Shown piece after piece: positions 24,186-38,280 of a stretch of 64,000 nucleotides of DNA. The position numbers and the translations under genes are program-made. The DNA comes from Proteromonas lacertae (Eukaryota). The stretch lies in contig NGBS01000884.1 of NCBI GenBank assembly GCA_002245135.1, forward strand, positions 1 through 64,000, given 5' to 3'. Under the pieces are notes generated by a model. That model made no database searches and had not been told where the DNA came from. It worked only from the letters and a program-made list of their open reading frames with translations. Positions within the stretch are counted from its first letter, which is position 1. Every line of letters begins with the position of its first letter.

Positions 24186-26612
24186 ATGGCTAATGTCGGT
24201 AGATTGCTGTTTTTTATCATTTTCGGAATTTTATCAATGCTAACCTTTGGAGTTGTATGTGAATATAGAAATAATAATGTCTTACACAACCATAATCACC
24301 ATAATCACCATAATGAAGATAATGAAGATAATGACGAGAATAACAACAACGGTGATGAAGAAAATGAAGAGAATCAAAATGCTAACCAAGACGAAAATCA
24401 AGATAATCACCATTTTTATGAAGATAATGATGAAAATCCTAATAACGAAATGGCTTTATTCAGCATAAGTGTTGGAAATTTTGTTACTTCTGTTGGATAT
24501 ATCATTCACAACAGATTTGGGATAATTCAACCAAACAATGATAAACCATATTTTGATAGTGTCATATCATTCAGTAAAACTAATGATATAATTGTGTATT
24601 ACAAAGATGAAAGTAAGTCAATTGTTTGTGATATGATGAAATATATTGGTAAAAAATATGATGAAATTGATGAAAATGAGTTAAAAGATAAACCATATAA
24701 GATAATAGAAGGATTAGAAGGATATTGTGAATATGAAGTATTATATAACAATGAAATTGTATATTTTACTCCAACATTCATTTTATCACTTCTATTTCAA
24801 CATATAAGAAATGAATCATTATCACAATTTGGGTTTGGAGAAGAATTTAAAGCATATTATCCAGTTGTTATAACAATTCCAGCAGATTTTACTAGTGTCC
24901 AAAGAAAAGAGATTAAAAAAGCTGTTAAAGAAGCTGGATTGATGGTAGAAAAACTATTAACCGAACCAATAGCAGCATCATTTGCTTATTTACATAATGG
25001 ATCAATAACTAAACCTAAATGTAATATCTTAATATGTGATATAAGAAAGAATAGTTTTAAATCATCAATAGTAAATTTAAATGATAAAAAACTGAAGTTA
25101 AAATCAAGTGAAGTATGTGAAAATAGAAATGAAGAATATTTTGAAACAATAATAAGAATAATCAACAAATCAGTGAATTATGCAAAACCAGAAAATATAG
25201 ATTATTTAATCTTTATTGGTGATGAAAGTGATATAATTAGATATGAAAATGCAATTGTACATCGTTTTCCATCAATTAATGTATTAAGCAAAAATCCACA
25301 GTTTATTACATCTCAAGGTTGTTGCGAATATTTAAATTCACAATTAATGTCACAATATAATGAAAATATAAAGCTAACATATGGAATAGATTTAGGTACA
25401 ACATTCTCATCATCTGCTTTTGTAAATGGTGATGAAAAAGTGAATATTATTCAAGATACAGGAGGAAAAAATGATATTCCTTCTTGTATTTATTATGAAA
25501 ATATCTTCAATCCAATCGTTGGTTCAGCAGCAACACAAAAACGAAATTCAAAAACCTTAAAGCATTTTTTATATGATTCAAAAAGATTTATTGGTAAAAA
25601 GTATGATGAAATTCCAAAAAAAGAAATTAAATTATATCCATTTGAATTAATTGAACAGAATAATTTGCCATATTACAAATTGATTGTTAATAATGAAGAA
25701 AAGAATATATCTCCTGTTGATGTATCAAGTGAAATATTGAAACATATTCACAATTATTCAATTCCAAGAATTACTCATGAAAATATATGTTCAGATGAAA
25801 TAGAAATAGTGATTGGAGTTCCAGCTGCATTTACTAATGAACAAAGAGAAGCAACCCGAGAAAGTGCAATAAAAGCTGGATTTAAGAATGTAGATTTATT
25901 ATCTGAACCAACAGCAGCTGTTTTATCTTATATTTATGATAATAAAATAAGAAAAGATGAATGTAAAATAATGGTTTATGATTTTGGAGGTGGAACATTT
26001 GATGTGAGTGTGATAGAGTTGAAGAATAAGACAGTGACAATATTAGGAACATTTGGAGATGAACATTTAGGAGGAGAAGATATAACAATGAGATTAGAAG
26101 AATATGTAAAGAAAGATATAAAAGAAAAGATGAGAATAGATGTGAATGCAAATGAAAAATATAAGTTTCGAATTCATAAAGAATGTGAAAATGCCAAAAT
26201 AATACTTTCTAGTAGTGAAGAATATGATTTTGAGTTCGAATTTGGTGATAACGAATATGAGGAGAGAATAAGTAGAAGTAAATTTAATGAATTATGTGAA
26301 GATTTATTCAATAAAACAATAGATATAGTAAATCAATCATTAAACCAATGTAATATGAGTAAAAATGAATTAGATTATATAATACTTACAGGAGGCACAA
26401 GTCACATTCCAATAATAAAAGAGATGATGGAAAAATGTTTTGAAGAAAATAAAGATTGTCATACATGTTATACTTTGAATGTAAATGAAGATGTAGCAAA
26501 AGGATGTGCAATTTATTCAAAATGTTTAATAGATGATAATTTCAGTAAATACAAAATAATTGATAATTCCTCCATTTATTCAGAAGATGGAAATGTAATT
26601 TACATTAAGTAA
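24186..26612 (+). CDS. Signal-peptide/anchor-bearing double Hsp70-domain paralog lacking the substrate-binding region
   Basis: Hydrophobic N-terminus, His/Asn/Glu linker, internally shortened NBD1, intact NBD2; long blocks nearly identical to the upstream gene. Confidence 0.85.
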   Translation: MANVGRLLFFIIFGILSMLTFGVVCEYRNNNVLHNHNHHNHHNEDNEDNDENNNNGDEENEENQNANQDENQDNHHFYEDNDENPNNEMALFSISVGNFVTSVGYIIHNRFGIIQPNNDKPYFDSVISFSKTNDIIVYYKDESKSIVCDMMKYIGKKYDEIDENELKDKPYKIIEGLEGYCEYEVLYNNEIVYFTPTFILSLLFQHIRNESLSQFGFGEEFKAYYPVVITIPADFTSVQRKEIKKAVKEAGLMVEKLLTEPIAASFAYLHNGSITKPKCNILICDIRKNSFKSSIVNLNDKKLKLKSSEVCENRNEEYFETIIRIINKSVNYAKPENIDYLIFIGDESDIIRYENAIVHRFPSINVLSKNPQFITSQGCCEYLNSQLMSQYNENIKLTYGIDLGTTFSSSAFVNGDEKVNIIQDTGGKNDIPSCIYYENIFNPIVGSAATQKRNSKTLKHFLYDSKRFIGKKYDEIPKKEIKLYPFELIEQNNLPYYKLIVNNEEKNISPVDVSSEILKHIHNYSIPRITHENICSDEIEIVIGVPAAFTNEQREATRESAIKAGFKNVDLLSEPTAAVLSYIYDNKIRKDECKIMVYDFGGGTFDVSVIELKNKTVTILGTFGDEHLGGEDITMRLEEYVKKDIKEKMRIDVNANEKYKFRIHKECENAKIILSSSEEYDFEFEFGDNEYEERISRSKFNELCEDLFNKTIDIVNQSLNQCNMSKNELDYIILTGGTSHIPIIKEMMEKCFEENKDCHTCYTLNVNEDVAKGCAIYSKCLIDDNFSKYKIIDNSSIYSEDGNVIYIK

Positions 26613-27039
26613 TACATTGATAACAATTGAATATATTATTAAATCATTTTCTTCTATTAATTCCCTAAATCATTCATAATATGTTTTAATCTCTTATTCA
26701 TTATTGTAAAACTTTCATTTATCCTTTTACAATTTGTCATATACATATTCTTTGCTAATTTTGAGAAATGTGTTTTTTAATTAGTACAATTTATACATAA
26801 CTATGATAATATCGATTGTGATAGAATATAAACTACCAGATTAAGTTAAATATTGATGGGGAATGTTAAAACAAGAAAATGAAGAAGATCAATCACTTTT
26901 GTATTGCTTTTTATGGTAGATAATATCATCATCATCATCACAATTAGAAGAAAAAAAGAGAATAATTATATAAAAATAATAAAATATTATTCTATTCTGA
27001 ATCTAACCCATTATATCTCAACCTCCAATGCAGCAACTA

Positions 27040-30000
27040 TTAGATGGGGGAATCATCTTCGAGTTCTATATGCTAAAATAAGAATTAGATAAAGAATTTT
27101 AGATAGATAAAAGAAAACTTAATCTTTTTTATTATTATTATAATTTTATATAAAAATACTTTCTATGTTATAATTCGAAAATTATAAGAAGAAATAGAGA
27201 AGTGACATATAGAATAATTTGATACCTTCAATTGATAAGCTTCATATTCTTGATACACTTCTATTGGTTCTGGCCACCATAATCTCCTTACGCAGTATAT
27301 AATATGATCTATCATTACACTTGTCCCACATATTAATAGAAGTTGTAAATAGAATATTGGCCTATTTATTAATATATATATATATATATATATAATACTT
27401 TTCCCATATATAAACACCTGAACCATAAAATAAACCAACTGGTCGAATAGCTCCATAGATTGTCATGAATAAGAAATACACAATAATCGAGCCCCATAAG
27501 AATATATTGAAGACTATTGACCAAACATGACATAATCTCATCATCTATTATTATTATTATATAAATATATTTATATACTTTAAAATTCATAATCATAAAT
27601 AAGGAAGTAAATATTCCAGTTCCATAAAACGTTAAACCATCCATTTGACCATCTGTTCCCCAACTTATTTCGATTATATAAATACCTATGAAAAATGTTA
27701 CAACTGCATGAATTATTGATTGGAATATCCATTGTAATAACACTGAGACATTTAAACCTAAGTTCTTTATTCCAAATTTGTATAATTGGGGATGTTCTAT
27801 AGCAGTTTGTGGAGATACATAAGCATCTTGACAGCCAAAGGCAATAATTGGTAAAGCCAAGAAAAAATTCCAAGTTAATTTAAGTAAAGATTCATAAAAT
27901 GTTGTACCACTTTGACCATTATAAAAATTGAAGAAGAAAAGAGTTAAAACCAAAGATATATTCTTATAAAATGAATATAATATCATCACACAGATTCTTC
28001 GATACGAATCTTTACCATAAACCAAAATTAATTGATTTAAAAATCTAAATTGACCAATAGCAAAATCACTATTATTTACAGCTTGAACTCCTTCTTTACC
28101 CATTATACCAACTCCAACATGTGCTGATTGAATCATATTTACATCATTAGCACCATCTCCAATAGCAAGGGTAATTGGATGTGATTTTAATGTATATCTT
28201 ATTGAATTTACAATAGATGCTTTTTGACTAGGACTTACTCTACAAGCTATAACTGAAGAAGCACCTTTACTTTTGTTAATAAACTCTTGTAATAAAGGAG
28301 TCATTACTGGCTTATTTGGATCTTTTGGATCTGTATGAATTATTGATAATAGCGCTGTACCTGTAACTATTACTGCATATGGTCCTTCAGGATTAGAAGG
28401 AATCATATCAATCTGTTGTTTTATCACAGCTACTGCATCTTCTTTCTCTTGTTCAAAATTATCTTTTGCTTTGTGTGTTGGTGTAACAGCTGGTGTTTGT
28501 GCAGGTGTATCAGCAGGTGTAGCAATTGGTGATCCTAAAGCAGTTACACCTGTGATTGTATAACATGTCATGTCAGATGTCAATAATTGACATGATTTAC
28601 CAATATTTTCAGCTGTTTCTAGTTTATCTCCAGTCAACATCCATACTTTAATACCAGCTAATATCATATTATGAATACATTCAGGTACACCATCTTGTAA
28701 ACGATCTTCAATAGCTGTACAACCGATCCATTGTAAATGACTTTCAATTTTACAAGCACAATCACTTAATTTCTTATCTCGATCTTCTATTGCTATTTTA
28801 CATTGATTATATTCATCTAACCAACTATTTACTTCCACTTCATTCAACTTCTTTCTTCCACAAACTAAAGTTCTCAAGCCGAGACAAGCCATTTGTGCCA
28901 AATTTTTCGGTATAAATTGTTCGAATGAGTCAAACAGTGGAATCATATTTGTATCAGCTCCTTTGCAATATAACCAATAACTATCATCCTGTTTATCTTG
29001 TAATAGAATTGACATTCTTTTACGATTACTTTCAAACTCATTTACAGCCATAATTGTATAGTATAATTTATCGCCTTCTGGGTTTTTTGTATTGATTATT
29101 AATGTCACATTCTTGCCACTGATTTCTACATTATATCCTAATGCTTTAGCTGCTTTTACTAAGGCAATTTCATCAGGTGAAGATGCTCTATATTCAATAG
29201 AACCATCTTGTTTCTTCTCAGGAACTACAGTATGACATAATGATAAACACTTTAAAAATATATCTAAAGCTTGACTTTGCTCGTCATCTTTTACTATATC
29301 TTTCTTATATTGTAAATCTTTAAATGAAACAGTAGGGTCGGGATTGAAAGCACTGTTTTCGGGTGTGCATAATTCATTCTCTTTGTTATGTACAGCTTCT
29401 CCCACAATTCCATAAATCTGTTTATCAGAAACAAAGAATTGTTTTAACTCCATTACATTTCTAGTTAAAGTACCTGTTTTATCACTAAATATATATTCAA
29501 TTTGTCCTAAGTTCTCACATATTTCTGCTGACCTTACTACCATTGACATGTCATTTTCTTCATCATACATTGAATTATCATTTTCCATAATCATGGCTTG
29601 GAAAAACTTAATAAAATCAAGTGAAACATATAGTGAGATAGGTACAAAATTGTTATATAAAATAAAGAAGGTGAAGAATGCACCAGCATCTGCTTTCGTA
29701 TCTGATAAATTCAAAAACCAATACTTTGAAGCATCTTCAATAAATCCAAAATACATAATCATACTGATGATTACAACTACTATTTCCAAAGCGAATATAA
29801 ATATAATCAATTTGTTTACTTTTTGGTAGATTAAACTGGTTTTTAATGGTGCTTTTCTAGCATTCATCATGATTCTAGTCTCTTGTCCAATGTAAATAAC
29901 TACGCCATATACATACTCACAGTTTCTTATACTACAACCTCTCCAAATGACATTGTCTTTACCTATTGGAATTACCTCAGAATTACCAGTGATAGTGACT

Positions 30001-30759
30001 GAACCATTGAAACTATACAAGTTCTTATTTGGTTTTTCTATTTGAATTGTTCCTTTTAAATTTGCTAATTTATCTAAGATCTCTTTTTCTTCTATTTTTG
30101 ATTCTTCATCTGCTCGAACTCCTACTAATTCACAAAGTGCTTTAGCTGCTTCTTTTCTCTTTAAATTCGTCTCTCCATCTAAATTTGAAGTTTCAGTAAA
30201 ACATCTTCCTTCTGGCTCACTACTGGTTAATATTATCAAGTCTGCAGGAATAGATGTATGGTTGGGTACTCTTATTATATCTCCTAATGTCACATCCTTC
30301 CATTGGATCTTCTCAATATGTGGATTACTGCCATGATCGGAAATTAATATCTCACAGAGGGTGCTGTTCTGAACTGCATCTGCCTTATGACGCTTATAAT
30401 CTTCTAATAATTTTCTAATTAATGAAACTATGAAAACAACTAATAGAGGACCAGATGTTGTGTAGATATTGGATTCTGGGTTCCATGGAGTGAACATCTA
30501 TAAATATTAGTGAATTAAAAAAATACCTGTAAGATTGATATGATCAAAAAATAAATATTAGCAACAATACAGAAAAATTCAAACAATGGAAGCAAAATGA
30601 AGCTGTACCAGTGGTACTTGGATGTAACAATGCCATTTGATTTTGCATATCTATACTTTTTTCTATTTGATATAAAGATGTAACAATATACGCATCTTCT
30701 AGGTTTACATCTTTTTTATTGATGTAGACTGTCCTAGAATTATTATTCTCTTCACTCAT
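27040..30759 (-). CDS. P4-type ATPase phospholipid flippase (Drs2/ATP8-like)
   Basis: TSKY, ETSNLDGETNLK, PISLYV, DKTGTLT, SPDE, EDRLQDGV, TGDK, CRVSPSQKA, GDGANDV. Last exon approximate. Confidence 0.95.
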
Positions 30760-30815
30760 TATTCTGGCAGCCAATATATCTCTCCTTTAAGTAGATAAAA
30801 CTACTTTAAATAAAA

Positions 30816-31110
30816 TCAAATGAAAAAATAACGAATTTTAGGTTTGAATTTTCGGTTTGATGATTCATCATTGAAAATAACATAAAGCATCCATGGGACA
30901 GTGGATATTATGGTTAAGAATTCGTCGTTCTTATATGGGCCATACGAATTTAGATAGATAGTGTTGTGAACATGTCTAATTGTTACATTTTTTGTATTGA
31001 CATGTTTTTTATGAGGATTATTATTATTCAAGCATAATGCACTATTTGTTTAAATAAATATATAAATATAATATAACCTGTTAAATGTCCCACTGTGAAA
31101 AACATTTAAT
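30816..31110 (-). CDS. Hypothetical small spliced protein
   Basis: 71-aa ORF with a plausible upstream GT-AG intron; no recognisable motif, and upstream exons could not be resolved. Confidence 0.25.
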
Positions 31111-31347
31111 AAAATGAATGTATTAGCTGCTAGTATCTATTGTCTGAATAATTATAGTAATTAGAACTTCTAAATATAAGGCTAATCATTCACTATTTTA
31201 TGACATTTCTAACTTTCTGTATGGTAATATTTATTAGCCTATCTCTAATTATTTAACAACTTTTTATCTCACTGTATTCTTTCAATCATTCACAATTACA
31301 ACCAACAGCAATTTAAGCTTGTGTCATTCAAACCCGTTTTTTAAAAT

Positions 31348-33538
31348 ATGAATAAAAATCCTCTAACTGAATTAGTTCTATCTCCAGAAGTTTTGATATC
31401 CTTTTAATAATTCATAAATATTGTTGTTTTCTTGATTTTGCAAGAGGAAGTTATGAAAGAACCCAATTCAAGTGAATATGCCATAGATCTACACCACAGA
31501 AGAATTAAAAAAATACAAGGACTTTTTAGAGTATAAAAAGATATGTTCTAATAGTATGTAGTGTGTAAAAGTGAGAGTTTTAGACTTATCTTCAAACGAA
31601 ATAGAAGTTATCGAAGGATTAGATGTATATGAATCTATAAATATTTATAGGCATTGAAAGATCTAAAAGAACTCAAATTATACTTTAATCAAATATCTTC
31701 CATTCAAGGATTAACAAAGTATATTCATATTCTATGTTATATTTCGTTGTAGAAATAAAAAATTAGAGAATTTATATTTAAATAACAATTACATAACAGC
31801 CTTACCAAAAGATATGACAGTTTTTTCACATTTAAAAATATTCGATATAAGTCATAATAAAATCAAAAAAATAGAGAATTTAACAGCATGTGGTGCTTTA
31901 GAAGTTGTTAATTTATCCAGTAACCAAATAACTCAAATATCAGGCTTGAATGGTTTGATTAGTATAACAGAATTAGATTTGTCATATAATAAAATTACTC
32001 AAATTGCAGAATTAGGAACACTGAAGAATTTAAGAGATTTAAATATAGAAGGAAATGAAATAAATAACTTGAATGGATTGAAATCGTTGAAATCATTAGT
32101 GGTATTACATATATCATCAAATCCAATATTAAATTATGATACATTACCAGTTTTACCAACTTTAGAAGAACTATACTCATCTAATTTACCAATGTCACAA
32201 ATTACTAAATTAGACCAATTTACATCCTTAGAAATCTTAGATGTTCAAAGCTGTCAAATAGAATCAATGAATGATATAAAATTACTAAAAAATACCAACA
32301 TACGTGAATTACTTCTCACTGGAAATGCAATAATGAATATAAACAATATTAGAAGTACAATTGAAGATTATCTCCCTGAGTTAGAGTTATTAAATGATGT
32401 ATATACAGTGTATGGTAATGTAAATTGTAAAGTAGATGATTCGTTATATAATATTTTACCTCCTCCAATGGTATTGAACAATATTGATGGTGATAATAAT
32501 AATAGTTTATTATCAACAACAGGAACGATAGGAGGAGGTAATACAATGCTTAATTCAACAATAAGACCAGGTTCAGCAAGACCATTATCAGCGACAGGTA
32601 GTCGTCCAGGTACAGCCAACGGAAATAATAGTAACGGACAAAGACCAATAATGAGACCATCCTCCTCTAGAGTTGGTGGTAATGGAACAATCAAGAAAGC
32701 AATTGATGTGAATTCAGAGTATATGAATTGTATTCAAAAGATACAGCAAATGAGAAATGAATTAACCAATGCAATTAGTAATAAATCCAATACTTTAATT
32801 CCAGCGAAATTCTTACCATCTCGACCAACTACATCATCACAATCAACTAGAACAACAGTATAAATATAATAATAATTATTATTTTTACAATATTAGAATG
32901 AAGATGATATTGAGTCTATTCCACTCACAGAATCAGTTCGAACTACTCAAGCCTCATCATCACAAAGGAAAAATGTTAAACCAGCATTTACATCACCCTT
33001 AAAATCAAGTGAAGGAAGGAGATATAGTGAAATGTCATCATCTTCTTCTTCAGAATCTCCATTACAACAATCAAATACTGCAACACCTCAACCACCTCCA
33101 CCATTGAAGGAGAAAAGATCAAGAAGAAAACTTGGAGATGCATTATCTTACAGTAGAAAGTATATAATATTATATTTGTTATTATAGAGGATCAGATGGA
33201 GTTAGATCAATATCACCAATCACAGATCAAAGACAATTACATTTGCCCAATATCAATAATACTCCATCAAAAATACCAAAATTACAGAAAAGATCAACCA
33301 GTGCTTCACGTAATAGTTTTGGTAGAATCAAAGAACAATCATCAGTTTTATCTACTGATAGTAGTAATAGTTTTATTCCACAGAAAAGATCAGCTAGTCG
33401 ACCAAAAGCTGCATCTTATAATAAACCTACAGCTTCAACTGTGACTAAGAAATCCTCATCATCATCATCTTCTTCTTCTTCTATTTCTTTTAATAATAAT
33501 AATATTCCATCATTAAAAATGTCTAAAGTAAAGAATAC

Positions 33539-33573
<35 letters not shown>

Positions 33574-34778
33574 CATCACAAACTAAAAAACCATCATCTT
33601 CATCATCAACTAAAACTTCTAAAACTACAACTTCTACTTCAACTTCTTTATTATCATCTCGTTCTAATAAATCTGTAAGATATATATCAAAATCATCAAT
33701 TGTTACACCACTCACATCAGCAAGATTAAAAGAAGATAATCAAAGACCTTCACAGAAATATCTACAAACAATAAATGAAGATAATTCAAATACAGCTAAT
33801 ACAATTAGTACACTTAGTACAGACAGTAATTATAATGATAAAGAAGCATTGGATTTAATAAAGAAAATTCGAGAACATTTAATAACTCCAGTCACCACAT
33901 TGACAGGTGAAGATTTTAAAGATTTAGAACCACCTGATTTTTCAATAACCAATCAGATTCTTCCATTATCAAAATCGCCAATAGAAATTAAAGAAAATGA
34001 TAATATTGAAAATAATATAAAAGAAAAAGAAATAAAGAAATCTCAAGATGAATATAAAGTAATAAAATCACCAACTAAAACAACAACTCCAAAATCACCA
34101 TCAAAAGTATCAAGTAAAGCATCAACACCAAAGAAAAATAATTTAACTATACAATCAAATGATAATGATAAAATTACATCCATTCCACTCTCAAAATCAC
34201 CCATTAATTCAGTGGAGAATCCATTCAAAGATAATTCAAAATTTCCACCAAAAAGTAATAAGAAAATACCATTTTTATTAGGAAGTAAACAGGATAAATG
34301 GATGCCAAAACCTCCCCCCAAAATCATTGAAAATGGCGAAGTGAAAGAATATCCAACTTTACATACACAACAACAACATGTGAGAATAATAAATGAATCA
34401 AATACAAATAACGCTAATAGTAATACAGTAAGAAAACACACTCCAATACAAATAACACCACCAAAACAACAACAACAACAAGAAAAGAAAGAAGAAAAAA
34501 AGACTGAAATAGTAATTGAAGATAAAACCAATGAAAAACCAATAATAAAAAAGAAGAAAGTAGAAACAGCTGATAGTGAAATTGGAACAGAAGTTGAATT
34601 TACAGGGCAAATGTTAGTGTTGGATGTTATAGAAAAAGGTAGTGAAAATCCCAATTATTTTAGAGTTCAACCAATTACTAAGTATAAAACTGATAATAAA
34701 AGACCATTAAGTGCAAGAACTGATAAATGTTTTAAATCTTTTCATTTACCAAGTGGTAGAAAATCTGAAATAAAATAA
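31348..34778 (+). CDS. SDS22-like leucine-rich repeat protein with a long Ser/Thr/Pro-rich tail
   Basis: LxxLxLxxNxIxxIxxL repeats and an LRR cap (LPELELLN); RPGSARPLSATGSRPGTA. Introns near 32858-32896 and 33160-33187 join ORF 31814 to ORF 33243. The first intron is U12-like. Confidence 0.85.
31396..31446 (+). other. U12-type intron (AT-AA ending 31443 or AT-AG ending 31446)
   Basis: Begins with the consensus ATATCCTTT, has branch-like TTTTCTTGAT and an in-frame TAA; phase-0 removal restores the frame. Confidence 0.65.
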
Positions 34779-34891
34779 AATCAATCAATAAAAAAAAAAA
34801 GTTTAATAGATAAATATATTAATTTTTTGTATTTTATTAAAATTTTTAATTATTTAAAAACATATAATAATATATCATTTTCACACTACAA

Positions 34892-36537
34892 CTACGCATC
34901 AGGAATAATATCATTCAATCCAATAGGATCTGCTTCATCAATATCATAATCCAAATCATTTGCTACAGTCTTTAACAAAGCAAAATATCGATCAGCAGTT
35001 GTCAGTAATTCAGATATTTTAAATTCTAATTTACTTTTACTTCGAACACCCATTTTTAACCTCTGTTCTATCTCATATTTCCACATATTAGCAGGACTAT
35101 GAGCGTCATTTACTGGATTATTTCGAAGTAGTAAGATTGTTGATAAAATGCTACTTCTTTCAGAGAAAAATGGAAAACGATAAGCCCAAGGTGAATCAGG
35201 AATAAACAATATCAAAATACCAAATTGTGCAATAATTGTTACACAACTTGTAACAATCGCTAAGATAATAGAACGTTTATATTCTGGTCCAGCTAAGCAC
35301 AATAAATACACAATAATTGGCGTTAATATATAAATTGATCCCCATAAGAACAACTTTCTAAAAAATCTCTTTTTTACATGGAAATTTTTTTGAGTTATTT
35401 GATAGGAATAGTAAAACCATATAAATGCAATAACTCTGACGATTAATAGCAATACACCCATTGGATAATCGTATAATGTTACACCTTGCTGTTCTTGAGA
35501 TGGTACAGTTTCTATATTAAATGAATAAATAAATATATATAATATCTATACTTTGATATATATAAGCTAAAGCATCAATACAGAAATAACTTATACAAAA
35601 TATTATACATTTTAATCTTCCAGTATATCTTATTTTTCTTCTAATCAGTCTATATCCTTTCACTAATAACACCAAATGTAAAATAAAGAATATATCGCCA
35701 ATAATTTGAAATATATAGGCAAATATATCTAAAGTTACATTGTTTGTACCTTTTTTACAAAAACTGTAATAATATATAGCGTATAACATATAACTGAGGA
35801 AATACGATAATACTGATATTCCCAAATACCCAAATAAAATATGAAATTTCTCTTTAGAATGTAATAGACAGGTTAAATATATCGTTATACATACCATTAT
35901 TACATATAAAATGGCAAACACAAAATTATATTCTAATTTCCCTTGGTCTTCCATACTTAAGTGTTTACAAAAACCTTCTCCATTGGTTAATTCTATTTCA
36001 TAATTTTTTATATTAATTGGAGCTGATTGGGTTGAATCATATTTACAATGTGACAATGCTATGAAATACACTGAAGGTTCTCTGCTTTTGATGTTTGCAG
36101 ACATTTCCCATTTTTTAGTTACATTGTTTATATATTCATCTTTTGCGTATAATGCATTATAACCACATAATCTGGTGTTGAATGTTTTTTCTTGACATGT
36201 GTAAGGTCCTGTGATTCTAAAATAGAATAATATTGAATAGTTATATACAGACTATCCCATTCATTGAAACTTATTTGACAGTTTATAAAATAAACATATC
36301 CATGGTCTGGATCACTATCATCTATTGGGTCTACTGATATTCTAATTTAATATACATCAAAAATTATAATACCGATAATGTCCATTCTTCCCAAATGAAA
36401 ATCCAGCAAAGAACTTCCATGGGTTTTTATTGTATAACTAAAAGGTAGTTGAGTATATATAATACGTCCCCTTTAAATATTAATGAGTGAGAAGGTGCGA
36501 AACAGAGCGAGAAGAGAAGAAAAAGAAGTGTAACCAT
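34892..36537 (-). CDS. GPR180/TMEM145-like seven-transmembrane protein
   Basis: Signal peptide, WKFFAGFSF, YFIALSHC, YEIELTNG...HLSMEDQG, LLVKGY, FPF; multiple TM helices; four GT-AG introns. Confidence 0.8.
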
Positions 36538-36703
36538 CTAAAAAAATTCAAATAAATAACGACTAGAAATATAAAAAACAAAACAAACTGTTTATACAGT
36601 GGTTTATATTGGAATTTTATTCATTTGTAGGTTATAGAAAACCATTATTGACATACATACAGAATATATAAAAATAATAATATTTATTGGATTAAAAATG
36701 TAC

Positions 36704-37484
36704 TTACTTATCTTTATCTTGTTGAACATCAACTTGTGCAATAATTCTATCAGTCTCTTCTTTAGGAAGAAAACGATAACATGGTAATCCATTCTTTCTA
36801 ATTAAACATAAAATTAATATGTATATATATATACAATGTCAATGTGGCAAATTCCATTTTTTCACTAGAAGGTGATGATGTATCAGTACATTTACAAATA
36901 ACTCTAACTCCTAACTTAATTGCATCATCAAGTGACATATTCTCATCGTAAAGTGTCTGGAACATTGATTTAGCTGAATTATTATTTGTACCAATGGCCG
37001 TAGCTTTCCAACCTGAATAATTACCACTTGGGTCACTTTGATATAATTGGAATCCATGATATTTATCGTAACCAGCGTATATAAATGAAGCTCCGAATGG
37101 TCTTAGACCACCATTTTGTGTGTAACTTTGCTTGATTGTACATAAATATTCGACTAACTTTTCTACAGGCTTTGGTTCTTGGAATGTGTATAAGTGTTGC
37201 TGGCAAGCGACTCTTGCTCTATCTAAAAGTATATTACCATCAGAGGTCAATCCAGCAACAGCACAAATAATATGATCATCGATCAAGTTAATTTTATCGT
37301 TATGTTCGGTTTCTACAAGCAATCTTGATTGTATTGTTTTTTCTACTCCTAGAACAACTCCCTCTTTAGTATAAATGCCAATAGCTGCAGCTGCCTTGCT
37401 AATTGCTTCCATTGCATACTCCACCTGGAACAATCTACCCTCAGGTGAAAATGTGGTAGTTCTGCTATCGTATCTTCGAGACAT
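36704..37484 (-). CDS. PSMA4: 20S proteasome subunit alpha-3 (PSMA4/Pre9)
   Basis: MSRRYDSRTTTFSPEGRLFQVEYAMEAI, GGLRPFG, SDPSGNYSGWKATAIG; one 3' intron. Confidence 0.96.
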
Positions 37485-37609
37485 AAAAAAAAAAGAAATG
37501 AAGAAGAAATTGAAGGGCTTGGCTTGTAAAAGTCAAATCAGCAGTTGATTTGTTGGTTTTTTGAATTAGCAAATTTTTTAATTCAGCGTTATAATTTGAA
37601 CACAAGGAA

Positions 37610-38153
37610 ATGGATACACCCTTACCAAAACCAGAAGAACCAATTGACTTAGTTGTAGAACTTGTGACTTTACATAGAGATGATAATGGTGAGTATGAGG
37701 ATGAACACGTCGTAGAATACAGAAATAGCAGATGGTTCCATGGTATGAGCATTTGCTTTTATTTCCACTAGTTAACTTCTGCAGTGCTGATACAAGAGAA
37801 GTAAAACAACTCAAAGTAGAGAGAAACAAGATATACAAACAAGTATCATAGCATATATATTGTATTTCCGCTAGTTATACCAACAACTAAAGATCAATAA
37901 GAAATATGAGTCAATGATCGAAGCTGCTGAAAAGAAAAGTGCTATATTGAAACAACAAATCGCTCAATATAAAGCAGGTGGTGAAGTACAACAACCTGCT
38001 GCTGAACAACAACAACAAGCTGAAGAAGTTCAACAAGAACAACAGCCAGAACAAGAAGTACAACAGGAGCAAGCAGTGCAACAAGAGGAACAACCAGAGC
38101 AACAACCAGAGCAACAACCAGAACAACAGACAGCTGAAGAAACAACTGCCTAA
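37610..38153 (+). CDS. Hypothetical coiled-coil protein with a Q/E/P-rich repetitive tail
   Basis: MDTPLPKPEEP... joined by two GT-AG introns to ORF 37914. Confidence 0.7.
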
Positions 38154-38280
38154 GTGAAATACTTTAAAGAATAGCATAATCTTAAAATTAATTCATAAAA
38201 TATGTGAATTTGGGGTTTTAGAATGTATAGAAACAACAATTTGTTAATAGAAACACATAAATTACAAAAATTAAATTTAT

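Noticed and set aside
33416..34654. Poly-Cys ORFs on the minus strand
   Set aside because: Reverse complement of CAA (polyQ) runs in the LRR gene.
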